Source: Candidatus Heimdallarchaeota archaeon
GTDB lineage: Archaea > Asgardarchaeota > Heimdallarchaeia > Heimdallarchaeales > Heimdallarchaeaceae
Assembly (NCBI GenBank): GCA_030603365.1
Contig: JAUVXV010000006.1
Coordinates: 32,001-96,000 of the forward strand
Direction: 5' to 3'
Length of the DNA: 64,000 bases
Shown: positions 49,228-60,120 of the stretch, one piece after another
How the letters are laid out: the number at the start of each line of letters is the position of its first letter
How positions within the stretch are numbered: the first letter of the stretch is position 1
The notes under the pieces: model-generated
Seen by the model: only the letters and a program-made list of their open reading frames with translations
The model's database searches: none
What the model was told of the DNA's origin: nothing
Position numbers and translations under genes: made by a program

Positions 49228-49809
49228 GTGAATATCATGAAACTCAATAAACTTTCAATGATAAAGTCTGGATATTTATTCAAAACATCCTTAAAAGAGG
49301 ATAAGGAAGGCAATATGAGAGTAATTCTTCCAAAGAATCTCTCCGATGATGGTGTGCTAGATCTTTCGGAACTAATCAAAATAAGACTTGAAGAAAAAGA
49401 AACAATTATGGGTTTAGAAGAAAATCAAATAGTCTTCAAAGCAAAAAGTACAAAACCTGCGGCAAGTTTGATTAAGATGAGAATAGAAAATACTCTTGCA
49501 TCACATCATTTCTTCATCATTTCATTAACATCAGAAGAGGTCATACCAGAATATGTATGCTGGTATCTAAACCAACAACCAGCCCAGAGCTATTTTCGAA
49601 AAAATGCAATGGGTTCAAGAGTACCTATAATAAATAAAAGAACTTTGAGTGAGATAGACATACCTATCATCGATATGAATTCTCAGGCAAAAATTGTGAA
49701 AATATATAACAATTTTATGAAAGAGAAAGGATTAACTAAAAACTTATTACAGCTAAAAGAGAAAACTATGTCTCAAATGCTACTAAACTTCCTACAAGGT
49801 GTAAAGTAA
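49228..49809 (+). CDS. Half-size HsdS-like (single TRD) protein
   Basis: PEYVCWYLNQ, GS....INK..L..IDIP...Q.KIV coiled tail. Confidence 0.72.
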   Translation: MNIMKLNKLSMIKSGYLFKTSLKEDKEGNMRVILPKNLSDDGVLDLSELIKIRLEEKETIMGLEENQIVFKAKSTKPAASLIKMRIENTLASHHFFIISLTSEEVIPEYVCWYLNQQPAQSYFRKNAMGSRVPIINKRTLSEIDIPIIDMNSQAKIVKIYNNFMKEKGLTKNLLQLKEKTMSQMLLNFLQGVK

Positions 49810-51281
49810 TGGTTTCAATGAAACAAGAGGAAATATTTCAATTGATTTTTTCGGTCATGGATAGAATAAGAGGTTTTGTAGATTGCGAGGAGTATAAAGA
49901 TATTATACTCCCCCTCTTATTTTACAAGCACATTAGTGATGTATGGATTAAAAATAAAGATGAGGAAACAGGAAAAAATGAAATAAAAGAAACAATTAAA
50001 ATTTCTGACAATAACTCATTTTATGATATATTTGCAAAAATAGAGAAGGACAACAAAGTAAGGATTTTAGAAAAAGCTCTTCTTCTAATAGAGAAAGACA
50101 ATCCAGATGTTCTAAAGGGTGTATTTGAGTACACAATTTTAGAAGGATTAAGGAGGTCAAGAGATTCGCAAATTGAAACTGAAGCAATAATTGGAGCAAT
50201 TGAAATAATAAACCAAATAGATTTGAAACATGATTATGTGAATCAAAAAGAACATGTCAGTATTGGTGAAGTATTTGAAAACGCATTAAACATATTTGCA
50301 TCTATTTCAAGATTTGGTGAGTTTATGACTCCCATTGAGATATCACATTTATTTTCCGAGATTATTAAACCAAAGAAAGGAGATCAAATTTATGACCCAG
50401 CAATTGGCACAGGTTCTCTTCTGCTTAGAGTTTTAGATCATAAGAGAACAAGAAATTTTGAGATTTTTGGTCAAGAGGTAAATAAGCGTAATTGGGCATT
50501 ATGTAAGATGAATATGATTATTCATGGACATCTTGATGCTAATATTGCTTTAGGTAATACTTTATTGAACCCACAGTTTCTTCAGGGAGATAGTATTCAG
50601 AAATTTGATATTGTTATATCAAACCCACCATTTTCAGTGAAAAATTGGAATTATGAACATTTGCAAAAGGACCCATATAATCGTTATAAAAGAGGCATAC
50701 CTCCAGGATCAAATGCAGATTATGCATTTATATCTCACATGATAGAATCATTGAAGGAGAAGCAAGGAAGAATGGGGATTTTGGTTTCACATGGTGTGCT
50801 GTTTAAACGAAGAAAAGAAGGTGAAATCAGGAGAAAAATAGTTGAGGAAAATCTGATTGAAGCTGTAATAGGACTACCAGAGAAGATGCTCTATGGAACG
50901 AGCATACCAGTAGCAATAGTTATCTTGAAAAAGCAGAAAGAAGACACAGATATTTTGTTTATTGACGCTAGTAAAGGATTTGAGGAGGGTAAAAGCTTGA
51001 ACACATTAAGAGTGCAAGATATTAAAAGAATTGCATCAACTTACACTGAGAAAAAGGAAATTGAAAACTACTCTCGTATTGTGAAGATTGAAGAGATTAT
51101 TACGAATGAATATAATCTAAATATTCGACGATATGTTGATAGTTCAGAAATAAAGGAAAAAATTGATATAAAGTGGGCTATAAAGGAAATTGAACAGCTA
51201 GAATATGAATTAAATCAGACTAGAAATAGAACAACAGAATTAATAAAAGAGTTATATAAAATAATCAAGGAGCGAGAATAA
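49809..51281 (+). CDS. hsdM: Type I R-M methyltransferase subunit 1
   Basis: GEFMTP, YDPAIGTG, NPPF, YNLNIRRYV. Confidence 0.92.
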   Translation: MVSMKQEEIFQLIFSVMDRIRGFVDCEEYKDIILPLLFYKHISDVWIKNKDEETGKNEIKETIKISDNNSFYDIFAKIEKDNKVRILEKALLLIEKDNPDVLKGVFEYTILEGLRRSRDSQIETEAIIGAIEIINQIDLKHDYVNQKEHVSIGEVFENALNIFASISRFGEFMTPIEISHLFSEIIKPKKGDQIYDPAIGTGSLLLRVLDHKRTRNFEIFGQEVNKRNWALCKMNMIIHGHLDANIALGNTLLNPQFLQGDSIQKFDIVISNPPFSVKNWNYEHLQKDPYNRYKRGIPPGSNADYAFISHMIESLKEKQGRMGILVSHGVLFKRRKEGEIRRKIVEENLIEAVIGLPEKMLYGTSIPVAIVILKKQKEDTDILFIDASKGFEEGKSLNTLRVQDIKRIASTYTEKKEIENYSRIVKIEEIITNEYNLNIRRYVDSSEIKEKIDIKWAIKEIEQLEYELNQTRNRTTELIKELYKIIKERE

Positions 51282-51342
51282 TGGTTCAGAAGGAATTAGA
51301 TTTTGAAAAAAAGAACAAAATAAAGAGAGAAGAGGAAAAAAA

Positions 51343-52815
51343 ATGTCAAAACTAGATTTAGATAAACTAAAACCATTCTTGTTGAGTGCAGCAAATATCC
51401 TAAGAGGAAGTATTGACTCAGCTGAGTATAAGCATTACATCTTTGGTTTATTGTTTCTTAAACGTCTATCTGATCAATTTGATGATGAAAGAAAGGAAGT
51501 TAAAGGAAATCCAGAAGATCCTGATAATTACCAATTTTTTGTTCCCCAACGAGCTAGATGGTCATCAATTAGAAAAGTTTCAGAAGGAATAGGAAACGCA
51601 ATTGACAAAGGATTTGAAGCCCTAGAAGAGGATAATCCAATTCTGGAAGGAGTTCTAACTCCTATACAATATGAAGACCCAAGAAAGTTAAATGATGAAG
51701 CATTGAATAAATTGATAGTACATTTCAGTAAAGAAGGATACAATCTTGCTAATTCCAATCTTGCGGAACCAGATATACTTGGAAGAGCCTATGAATACTT
51801 AATAGCTGAATTTGCAGACGATGCCGGAAAGAAAGGTGGAGAATTTTATACTCCCAATGGAGTTGTAAGATTATTAGTTAGAATCCTTAAACCTGAAGAA
51901 GGTATCCGTATTTGTGATCCTGCTTGTGGTAGTGGAGGGATGTTAATAGAATGTACTCATTACTTGAAAGAGCAGGATAAGAATCATATGAATATTTCAC
52001 TTTTTGGTCAAGAAAAGAACCTTAACACCTGGGCAATTGCGAAAATGAATCTTCTTTTACATGGAATTCTAGATGCAAGAATTGAAAGAGGAGATACAAT
52101 GTCTGAACCTAAACTTGTTGAAGATAGTTTTTTAATGCTCTTTGATATAGTAATAGCAAATCCCATGTGGAATCAGAAAGAATGGAGTAGAGAGTTGTTT
52201 GAAGCTGGAGATCCATATGGGAGAGCTAAATATGGTGTTCCTTCAAAAAGTTCAGGAGACTGGATGTGGATTCAGCATATGTTAGCAACACTGAAATTTG
52301 ATGGCAGATTAGGTGTAGTTCTTGATAACGGAGCATTATTCAGAGGAGCTAAAGAGGGGAAAATAAGAAAAGGAATAATTGAAGATGATCTAATTGAAGG
52401 AATTATTGCTTTACCTGCTAACTTATTCATGAATACTGGATCGCCAGGTTGTTTAATAATTTTAAACAAACAAAAAGACAAAATATTAAGAAATAAAATC
52501 TTCTTTATTCATGCGGAAAATGAGTATGAAGAAGGAAAAGCACAGAATTTTCTAAGAGAACCACATATCAATAAAATTGCAGAAACATATCACAAGAAGA
52601 ATGTTAAAGAAAAATTCTCAGATTTGATAGATATAGAAGAAATAAAAGAAAATGATTACAATCTAAATGTCTCAAGATATGTTGATATCTTACCAGAAGA
52701 AGAACTAATTGATCTAGAACAGGTTTTGAAATCTTTAACAGAGATAAAACAAGAAAGAGAGAAACTAGAAGAGGAATTTCATAAAAATATGGTGGAACTA
52801 GGATATGAAAAGTAG
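51343..52815 (+). CDS. hsdM: Type I R-M methyltransferase subunit 2 (NPMW motif IV)
   Basis: GEFYTP, DPACGSGG, ANPMWNQ, YNLNVSRYV. Confidence 0.94.
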   Translation: MSKLDLDKLKPFLLSAANILRGSIDSAEYKHYIFGLLFLKRLSDQFDDERKEVKGNPEDPDNYQFFVPQRARWSSIRKVSEGIGNAIDKGFEALEEDNPILEGVLTPIQYEDPRKLNDEALNKLIVHFSKEGYNLANSNLAEPDILGRAYEYLIAEFADDAGKKGGEFYTPNGVVRLLVRILKPEEGIRICDPACGSGGMLIECTHYLKEQDKNHMNISLFGQEKNLNTWAIAKMNLLLHGILDARIERGDTMSEPKLVEDSFLMLFDIVIANPMWNQKEWSRELFEAGDPYGRAKYGVPSKSSGDWMWIQHMLATLKFDGRLGVVLDNGALFRGAKEGKIRKGIIEDDLIEGIIALPANLFMNTGSPGCLIILNKQKDKILRNKIFFIHAENEYEEGKAQNFLREPHINKIAETYHKKNVKEKFSDLIDIEEIKENDYNLNVSRYVDILPEEELIDLEQVLKSLTEIKQEREKLEEEFHKNMVELGYEK

Positions 52816-54079
52816 TTTCATTAACATAGAAATTCCAAAGGAATGGCAAGTCAAGAGAATCAAAGATGTCTGCATTATTAATTCTGAGAATTTAAACCTC
52901 GATAAACTAAATGATTTTGATGAAATTTGCTACATAGATATTTCTAGTATAGATACTCAAAACTACCGAATACAAAAATACCAAAAAATACCAAAATCAA
53001 CTTTACCGAGTAGAGCTAGGAGAATAACAAAGAAAAATAACATAATTATTTCAACAGTGAGACCATATCTAAAAGCAACTGCTAAGATTGAAGCCAAACA
53101 CGATTATTTTGTGTGTTCAACTGGATTTGCAGTACTAGAAGCTAAAAATCAAATTGACCATGATTTTCTTTTTCAATGGGTTCTAGGTGAGAAATTTGTT
53201 AATTATTTAATATCTAATATGGTTGGTTCGAACTATCCAGCTGTAAATACTAAGGATATTGAAGACGGTCCTGTAATATTACCTCCTTATTCTGAACAGC
53301 AAATTATTTCCTCTATTCTCTCCAATGTTGACTCCATCATCCACCAAACTCAACAACTCATCAATAATTTGCAGCTCTTGAAGAAAGGATTGATGCAACA
53401 GCTCTTCTCTCAAGGAATAGGGCATAAGGAGTTTCAAGATACGAAACAAGGAAGGATACCTAAAGAGTGGGAAGTTGTGAAACTCGAACAATTAATTGAA
53501 GTAAAAAGTGGTAAAAGACTTCCCAAAGGTGAAAAATTTTCTAAAATACAAACTAGTTATCCATATATAAGAGTTCTAGATTTCAAAGATGGAACAATCA
53601 ATCTTAATAATTTAGAATATTTAACCCCTCAACTAAAGAAGATTTTGAATAAATATACGATTTCATCTGAGGATGTTTATATCTCAATTGCAGGCTCAAT
53701 TGGGATTGTTGGTCTGGTTCCAAATGAACTAAATAATGCTAATCTTACAGAAAATGCAGCTAATCTATCAATTAAAGAAAAGAAAAAATTGACTAAGGAG
53801 TTTCTGTACTATTACCTTGATTCAAGCATTGGACAAAAAGAAATTCGACTCAGGAAAACTATAACAACATTACCAAAATTAGCCTTTAAAAGAATAGAAA
53901 AAATTCCAATCGTCTTACCATCCATTCATGAACAAAAACAATTAACCTCTTTTTTGATAAATTTAGATCGAATCATAGAAGAAGAAATAGTTAATCTAAA
54001 TGAACTTATGAAAATAAAACAGGGGCTTATGCAAAATCTACTCACTGGGAAGAAGAGAGTTCCGATATCATTAACATAA
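52805..54079 (+). CDS. hsdS: Type I R-M specificity subunit (two TRDs)
   Basis: IPKEW twice, PP..EQ..I, K.GLMQ.L twice. Confidence 0.95.
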   Translation: MKSSFINIEIPKEWQVKRIKDVCIINSENLNLDKLNDFDEICYIDISSIDTQNYRIQKYQKIPKSTLPSRARRITKKNNIIISTVRPYLKATAKIEAKHDYFVCSTGFAVLEAKNQIDHDFLFQWVLGEKFVNYLISNMVGSNYPAVNTKDIEDGPVILPPYSEQQIISSILSNVDSIIHQTQQLINNLQLLKKGLMQQLFSQGIGHKEFQDTKQGRIPKEWEVVKLEQLIEVKSGKRLPKGEKFSKIQTSYPYIRVLDFKDGTINLNNLEYLTPQLKKILNKYTISSEDVYISIAGSIGIVGLVPNELNNANLTENAANLSIKEKKKLTKEFLYYYLDSSIGQKEIRLRKTITTLPKLAFKRIEKIPIVLPSIHEQKQLTSFLINLDRIIEEEIVNLNELMKIKQGLMQNLLTGKKRVPISLT

Positions 54080-54211
54080 TATCTTATTTTGAAGGTTCAG
54101 CAATATTATTACTTGAGAATCTTAATAGCAATGCAAAATCTTACAAAACTTAAAATAGAGATATAAGATTTAAGTAAAATGTTAATTGATTAAGAAAATG
54201 CTGGTGATTTA

Positions 54212-57200
54212 GTGGATTTAGTCAAATGGAATGAAAAAAATGAATCAGAAGAGCCTGCACTAAAACTTCTAGAACAACTAGGATATCTAAGAAGGTTAGC
54301 TGATGAACTCACTAATTTATCATCAGAAGCTGAAAGAACTTCACTTAGGCAAGTAATTCTTTTAGAAACTCTTAAGCAAAAAATGAAGGATCTGAATCCT
54401 TGGATAGATGACACCAATATTAAGAATATAATTAGAGATTTAACTATTGTTTCTACATCCAGTCATACTGAATCCAATGAGCTAATCTGGCAATATTTCT
54501 CTAAGAAAGATAAGCTCTTTGTTGATCAAGACTTCAAAGACGGCAAAGGTCGTCGCAAGAGAGGAGTCACGTTAATTGATTGGGATAATCCAGAGAACAA
54601 TGATTTCACTGTTACTGATCAATTCAAAGTCAATGCTCCTAAAGGCAATCGTATTCCTGATATTGTTGTTTTCATTAATGGTCTACCTTTAATTGTCATC
54701 GAGTGTAAGAGTCCTATAATTACTAATCCTCTCACTCAAGCCATTCGTCAAGTACGAGAATATCAAAAAACAATTCCCAAACTCTTTCATTACAATCAAA
54801 TTATCATTGTTACTTCTGGACAATCTGCTAGATATGGTGTTATTGGTAATTCTTATGAAGAATACAAATCTTGGAAAGAACCTTATCCTATCAATATCTC
54901 AGAACTAGAAGAGATTGTTAAGAAGACAGGTAGGAAAAATCCTTCTCCTACTCCTCAAGATATCACTCTTTACGGTTTGTTGGAAAAACGAAATCTCCTA
55001 GATCTCATTCGTAATTTCATTATTTACGAAACTAGACATGGAAAGAAAGTAAAGAAAATAGCTCGATATCAGCAATTCCGAGCTGTTAACAAAACTGTGA
55101 ACAGAATACTTACTGAGAAAGATGTTCATCAAAGAGGTGGGACAATCTGGCACACTCAAGGTTCAGGTAAATCCCTTACTATGCTCTTTACTGCTATAAA
55201 GCTTAAAAGAGAAAAATCTCTTATGAATCCTCTTCTTGCCTTCGTTACTGATAGGATAGATCTTGTCAGACAACTCAGAGATACTTTCGATAATTGTGGT
55301 TTTTCAAATCCACAAAAAGCTAAGAATGTTGATCATCTGCAGGAATTAGTCAAAACAGGACAGGGGATTACTATTTTTACTACTATCCAGAAATTCCATA
55401 CTCGAGATGCTGATAGACGAACAGGCATTTCTAGAACTGGGATGGTTTTTCCTGAATTAAACAGTGATGAAAATATTATTGTTCTTGTTGATGAAGCTCA
55501 TCGTTCTCAATACAAGTACTTTGCAATTAATCTGAGAAAAAGCATGCCTAATGCAGCTTATATTGCTTATACTGGAACACCTTTAGCCAAAAATGAGAAA
55601 AACGAAAGAATGACAGTTGGTAAAGGAAAAACTGTTCGAACCTTTGGCTCATTCATAGATATTTATGATATCCGTCAATCTGTTGAAGATGAAGCAACTG
55701 TCAAGATTCTATACGAAAGTCGATTGTCTGATCTTCGCTTGGAAGGAGAAACCATTGATGAAATCTTCGAGAGAGTATTTGCAAATTTAACAGTTGCAGA
55801 ACGCGAGAAGATCAAGAATAAGTACGCAAACGTTGATGCTATACTTGCAGCTGAAGAACGAATTAAGAGAATAACTCTAGATATAGTTGAACATTACACA
55901 CAGCATATTTTACCTAATGACTTCAAAGCTCAGGTTGTGGTAAATAGTAGAGAACTAGCTGTTAGATACAAGAAATACCTTGAACGATTTAATGCCCCTG
56001 AATCTGTTGTGATAATATCTGCTAATCCTCGATATGATGAGGAGTTAAAGAAGAAATATGAAGTTGATTTTGTAACTGATAAGTCTAAACAAGATTTAAT
56101 GATTGACCGATTTAAAGATCCTGAAGACTCATTGAAAATTCTTGTTGTTTGCGATATGCTAATCACTGGTTTTGATGCCCCAATCGAGCAAGTCATGTAC
56201 TTGGATAAATCTTTAAGAGAACACACTCTGCTTCAAGCTATCGCAAGGGTTAACAGAACCTATGAAAATAAAACTCATGGTCTAATCGTTGATTACTATG
56301 GTGTCTCTAACAATCTTGAAGAGGCTTTAGAAATCTTTGATAAACCAGATATAGAAGGTTTCATGAAAGATATTAAGACCGAATTACCCAAACTTGAGCA
56401 ATATCATCGCAAAGCTATAAGCCACTTTGAGGGATTTGATTTAACTGATTTGAACAATTGTGTTTTAGTTTTGGAACCTGAGGATACTAGGGCTAGTTTC
56501 CATCATGATTGTAAGAAATTTGCACAAACCCTAGATATAGTACTACCTGATCCTGCTGGAGAGAAGTACTTGCCTGATCTTAAGAAACTTGGAGAGATAG
56601 TTATAGCTGCTCGTAATCGTTTTAGAGAAGAAAGTCTTGATATTGTAGGTTTTGGTGGTAAAGTACGAGAGATTATAGATGAACACATTCGCGCAACCAA
56701 GATAATCCAACTAGTTGAGCCTGTTTCTATTTTATCTGACAAATTCAATGAAGTTCTTGAAGCTCTGAAAGATGAAAAAGCTGTCGCAAGTGAGATGGAA
56801 CATGCCATAAAACATCAAATCACGATTAAGGTTATAGAAGACCCGGCATTTTATACGAGTTTAAGAAAAAGACTAGAAGAGATAATCAAAGAGTATAAAG
56901 AGCATCGAATAAGTCTTGCTGAAAAGATAAACAAACTCAAAGCAATTGCTCAAGATATAAAAGCTAGACCTGATGTAGCAAAATTTCTAGGTTTGAATAC
57001 AGCTGAGATGGCCTTCTATAATATTTTCAAGAGAGAGTTAGAAGAAATAGAAATAAGTGATAGCAGAGAGATAGTCAGGTTTACTTATGAGACCCTGGAG
57101 AGTATAGAACCCCTAGTCTCAATCGTTGATTGGCATCTCAAATCAGATATTCTAAGACAAATTAGAAGAGCCTGTAAGCAAAAGTTCTTTGAACTTCAAG

Positions 57201-57286
57201 AGGAATTTCCAATTCCATCAGAACTACATCAAGCTCTTTCGCAACAGATTGTTGAATTAGCTAAAGTCCACTTTGTTGCTAGTTAA
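54212..57286 (+). CDS. hsdR: Type I R-M restriction subunit
   Basis: PDIVVFINGLPLIVIECK, HTQGSGKS, DEAHR, YTGTP, TGFDAP, QAIARVNR. Confidence 0.96.
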   Translation: MDLVKWNEKNESEEPALKLLEQLGYLRRLADELTNLSSEAERTSLRQVILLETLKQKMKDLNPWIDDTNIKNIIRDLTIVSTSSHTESNELIWQYFSKKDKLFVDQDFKDGKGRRKRGVTLIDWDNPENNDFTVTDQFKVNAPKGNRIPDIVVFINGLPLIVIECKSPIITNPLTQAIRQVREYQKTIPKLFHYNQIIIVTSGQSARYGVIGNSYEEYKSWKEPYPINISELEEIVKKTGRKNPSPTPQDITLYGLLEKRNLLDLIRNFIIYETRHGKKVKKIARYQQFRAVNKTVNRILTEKDVHQRGGTIWHTQGSGKSLTMLFTAIKLKREKSLMNPLLAFVTDRIDLVRQLRDTFDNCGFSNPQKAKNVDHLQELVKTGQGITIFTTIQKFHTRDADRRTGISRTGMVFPELNSDENIIVLVDEAHRSQYKYFAINLRKSMPNAAYIAYTGTPLAKNEKNERMTVGKGKTVRTFGSFIDIYDIRQSVEDEATVKILYESRLSDLRLEGETIDEIFERVFANLTVAEREKIKNKYANVDAILAAEERIKRITLDIVEHYTQHILPNDFKAQVVVNSRELAVRYKKYLERFNAPESVVIISANPRYDEELKKKYEVDFVTDKSKQDLMIDRFKDPEDSLKILVVCDMLITGFDAPIEQVMYLDKSLREHTLLQAIARVNRTYENKTHGLIVDYYGVSNNLEEALEIFDKPDIEGFMKDIKTELPKLEQYHRKAISHFEGFDLTDLNNCVLVLEPEDTRASFHHDCKKFAQTLDIVLPDPAGEKYLPDLKKLGEIVIAARNRFREESLDIVGFGGKVREIIDEHIRATKIIQLVEPVSILSDKFNEVLEALKDEKAVASEMEHAIKHQITIKVIEDPAFYTSLRKRLEEIIKEYKEHRISLAEKINKLKAIAQDIKARPDVAKFLGLNTAEMAFYNIFKRELEEIEISDSREIVRFTYETLESIEPLVSIVDWHLKSDILRQIRRACKQKFFELQEEFPIPSELHQALSQQIVELAKVHFVAS

Positions 57287-57324
57287 TATATGAAAGTGTC
57301 TATATACTATTAAGAGGAACTGCC

Positions 57325-58071
57325 ATGCCTAAGACTTCTCCAAAAATCAGTTTCGGTGAAACGAGTTTTGCTTATTCTATCATTAGAACAAATAGAACTA
57401 CAATAGCTATCATTGTTGAACCTGATGGTAGTGTTATAGTTCGAGCTCCTTATGATCTATCTGAAGAAACCGTTGAAGAAAAAGTAAGAGAGAAGAGGAG
57501 ATGGGTAGCAGAAAAACTCACTAAAACTGATGAAATAGTTAAACCTGTACCTAAGAGAAGAGAATTAGTAAGTGGGGAAAAGATCAAACTCAAGGACAAA
57601 CTAATCAGATTGAAAATTCACCATTTCGATAAAAGAAGAACTGTAGTAGAATTAGACAAAAATACTCTTCATATCTATATTAATAAGGATTTGAATGAAT
57701 TAGAAAGAAAAGAGGAATTGAAGAAAGTTCTCTTGAAATGGTATAAAGAACAAGCAAAAGATATCATTTCTACTAGAGTTGATAAATTCTCAAAATCATT
57801 TGATCTTAAACCAAACGGGATAGTTATTAGAAGTCAACAACTGAGATGGGGGAGCTGTACAAAGAATAACATATTGAACTTCAATTGGCGTATTGTAATG
57901 GCGCCTATTTCAGCAATAGATTATATTGTTGTTCATGAATTGTGTCATCTCAAAGAACCTCTTCATTCAATTGAATTTTGGAATTTGCTAGAATCACACT
58001 TCCCTGAATACAATAAATGGAAAGAGTGGTTAAGAATAAATGGTTTAACTCTTGATTTAAAATTTGAATAA
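57325..58071 (+). CDS. DUF45/YgjP-like (M48/SprT-like) zinc metallo-hydrolase associated with type I R-M
   Basis: RWGSC, DYIVVHELCHL, H...FW. Confidence 0.9.
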   Translation: MPKTSPKISFGETSFAYSIIRTNRTTIAIIVEPDGSVIVRAPYDLSEETVEEKVREKRRWVAEKLTKTDEIVKPVPKRRELVSGEKIKLKDKLIRLKIHHFDKRRTVVELDKNTLHIYINKDLNELERKEELKKVLLKWYKEQAKDIISTRVDKFSKSFDLKPNGIVIRSQQLRWGSCTKNNILNFNWRIVMAPISAIDYIVVHELCHLKEPLHSIEFWNLLESHFPEYNKWKEWLRINGLTLDLKFE

Positions 58072-58148
58072 TAGATGAAAACTAAGAAATTATTCTTAAT
58101 TTCTACTATATTTTTATAAACCTGAAAACAATATTAACTCTGATTAAA

Positions 58149-58694
58149 GTGTGTTTCAAACAAATTAAAAATATCTTGAAAAAGAAGAATAAACCAAGTA
58201 TTTATGATTACAATCTTACAGATAAGGAATACTATGGTAAGAGTAAAAAATCGTATGAAAAAGATAAATATCAAGATCACCTAATTGATCAATATCGGAT
58301 ATTAACTGATAAAGCTGATAGAATAAGTGATAAAAGAGCAGTTACAAATGGTTTTTTTCTAACACTAAACACAATTATTGGAACAGCCAGCATAGTTCTA
58401 ATTGACATAATTAGTAATTCTTTATTCATAATACCTCTAAGTGTAATTGGCATACTGTTCTCATTGCTTTGGTTTGGTATGATAAGGAATTATAAGAAAT
58501 TAAATACAGCAAAGTTCAATGTAATCAATAAGATTGAAGAGAAATTACCTATAAAAGGCTTTTATGCTGAATGGGAAATTTTAAAGAAAAAGATGAAATA
58601 TAAAGGATTATCAGAATTTGAAAAATGGATTCCTTGGTTCATTATACTAATGTATTGTGTGTTAATAGGATTCTCTATTTATTCATTTGTATAA
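58149..58694 (+). CDS. Small TM protein, putative pore-forming defence effector
   Basis: QY....ADRISDKRAVTNGFFLTLNT, 2+1 TM, YKKLNTAKF.VI..IEEKLP. Resembles the TIR-associated family annotated as RipA-like octameric membrane protein (from memory). Confidence 0.65.
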   Translation: MCFKQIKNILKKKNKPSIYDYNLTDKEYYGKSKKSYEKDKYQDHLIDQYRILTDKADRISDKRAVTNGFFLTLNTIIGTASIVLIDIISNSLFIIPLSVIGILFSLLWFGMIRNYKKLNTAKFNVINKIEEKLPIKGFYAEWEILKKKMKYKGLSEFEKWIPWFIILMYCVLIGFSIYSFV

Positions 58695-58750
58695 TTGAAT
58701 CTCATAAATAGCTAGAAAGTTTTTTATTTACAGTATCTATTAGCTAAATT

Positions 58751-59152
58751 ATGGCAATGATTTATGTTTGCTATGAGAGTGGAGATATAAAATATAGAAA
58801 TGATTTCGCTAGCATGATGCTTAATCAAAATAATCAAATTACAGATATACCTGTTACAGATAAAGAAAATAAACGTCCAGAAGGTCCTGAAGCTGTTAAG
58901 AGATATATTTTAAGCTTAATGAGAGATTGTGCTGCAGTAGCTGTATTAGTTGGTAGAAACACACACAATGCTCCGGTTGTCCGATGGGAACTTGAAGTGG
59001 CAAATTCTCAAAACAAGAAAATACTCGCGATTAAAATTCCTACTACTTCAGGAGGACTTCCTCCTTTATTAAAAACGATTGGAATTCAAACAATTGAGTG
59101 GGATCCACAACTGATTGAGGAAGAATTATCCAGATTATTCGGTAGAGAATAG
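58751..59152 (+). CDS. ThsB-like TIR domain protein (DUF1863/MTH538 type)
   Basis: IYVCY, VLVGRNT, VRWELEVA (catalytic Glu), KKILAI. Confidence 0.82.
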   Translation: MAMIYVCYESGDIKYRNDFASMMLNQNNQITDIPVTDKENKRPEGPEAVKRYILSLMRDCAAVAVLVGRNTHNAPVVRWELEVANSQNKKILAIKIPTTSGGLPPLLKTIGIQTIEWDPQLIEEELSRLFGRE

Positions 59153-59423
59153 AATAAATGTGATTGATATGATGGATAAGAAATGTATGTTTCGAAAACC
59201 TGAATCGCCTAAATGTCAAGAAGAAGGGTTCAATTGTTTAGAACTGAAAATGTTTCATCCTCTAACTGAGAGAAATTCAAAACAAATTTGGTTTTTATGT
59301 GATGAGCACCTAGATAAATTTCTTAAGACAGATGGGAAGGATTGGATTAAATGGAAGAAGGAGGAGAAAAACAAAATGAGCATTAGCTATGTATTGGATT
59401 TCAAAATTAATTATCTACTCTAG
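59115..59423 (+). CDS. Small Cys/His-rich hypothetical protein
   Basis: C-x7-C-x6-C ... CDEH; fills the gap within the operon; start uncertain. Confidence 0.5.
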   Translation: MRKNYPDYSVENRINVIDMMDKKCMFRKPESPKCQEEGFNCLELKMFHPLTERNSKQIWFLCDEHLDKFLKTDGKDWIKWKKEEKNKMSISYVLDFKINYLL

Positions 59424-59444
59424 AGAATCCAACTGAATAATTAG

Positions 59445-60044
59445 GTGCAAAGAATGGAAAAAGTAGTAGTTTTGATGTCAGGTGGCATAGATTCTTTTCT
59501 AATGTGTAAAATTCTTTCTGAAAATTATGAACTATATCCCCTTTTTGTGGATTATGGGCATTTAGCAGCTAATCAAGAACAAAAAACTGTTTTGAAACAA
59601 ATAAAATTTCTCAATCTTAATTCAGCAAAATTGGTTAAAATCCCTGACTTAGGACTTAAAAATAGTTTAACTTTAGAAGAAGAATATAAAGATGATTTTT
59701 ATCCAGGAAGGAATCTTCTCTTGCTTATAATAGCTGCACAATTCGCCATAGGAATGAATATAGAAAGGATTGCTTTGGGTATAATAAGGAGCGAAAGAGT
59801 TTTTTCAGATTCCACTTCGTTTTTCATTCAAAGAGCTGAACAATTAATTTCTGATAGCGTTAATAAACAAATGACTATTTTCACTCCAATTTCTGATTTA
59901 CAAAAGAATGAAGTTGTAGAGTTAGCTAAAGAGCTAGAACTACCTCTTAGTCATTCCTACTCTTGTCAAAAAGGAGATTTGAAAGAATGTGGCAAATGTC
60001 TTTCATGTCTGGAATTAGATAAAGCTATTTTAGAAAATAAATGA
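59445..60044 (+). CDS. queC: QueC-family PP-loop ATPase (Cap9/QatC-like context)
   Basis: MSGGIDS, VDYG, YPGRN, SYSC-x7-CGKCLSC zinc site. Confidence 0.9.
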   Translation: MQRMEKVVVLMSGGIDSFLMCKILSENYELYPLFVDYGHLAANQEQKTVLKQIKFLNLNSAKLVKIPDLGLKNSLTLEEEYKDDFYPGRNLLLLIIAAQFAIGMNIERIALGIIRSERVFSDSTSFFIQRAEQLISDSVNKQMTIFTPISDLQKNEVVELAKELELPLSHSYSCQKGDLKECGKCLSCLELDKAILENK

Positions 60045-60120
60045 TTTTCATTCTTTTGGACAGAAAGATTTTAATTTTATAATTAGTTATATTATTAAAC
60101 AAAAAGGATGTGGAGGATTA

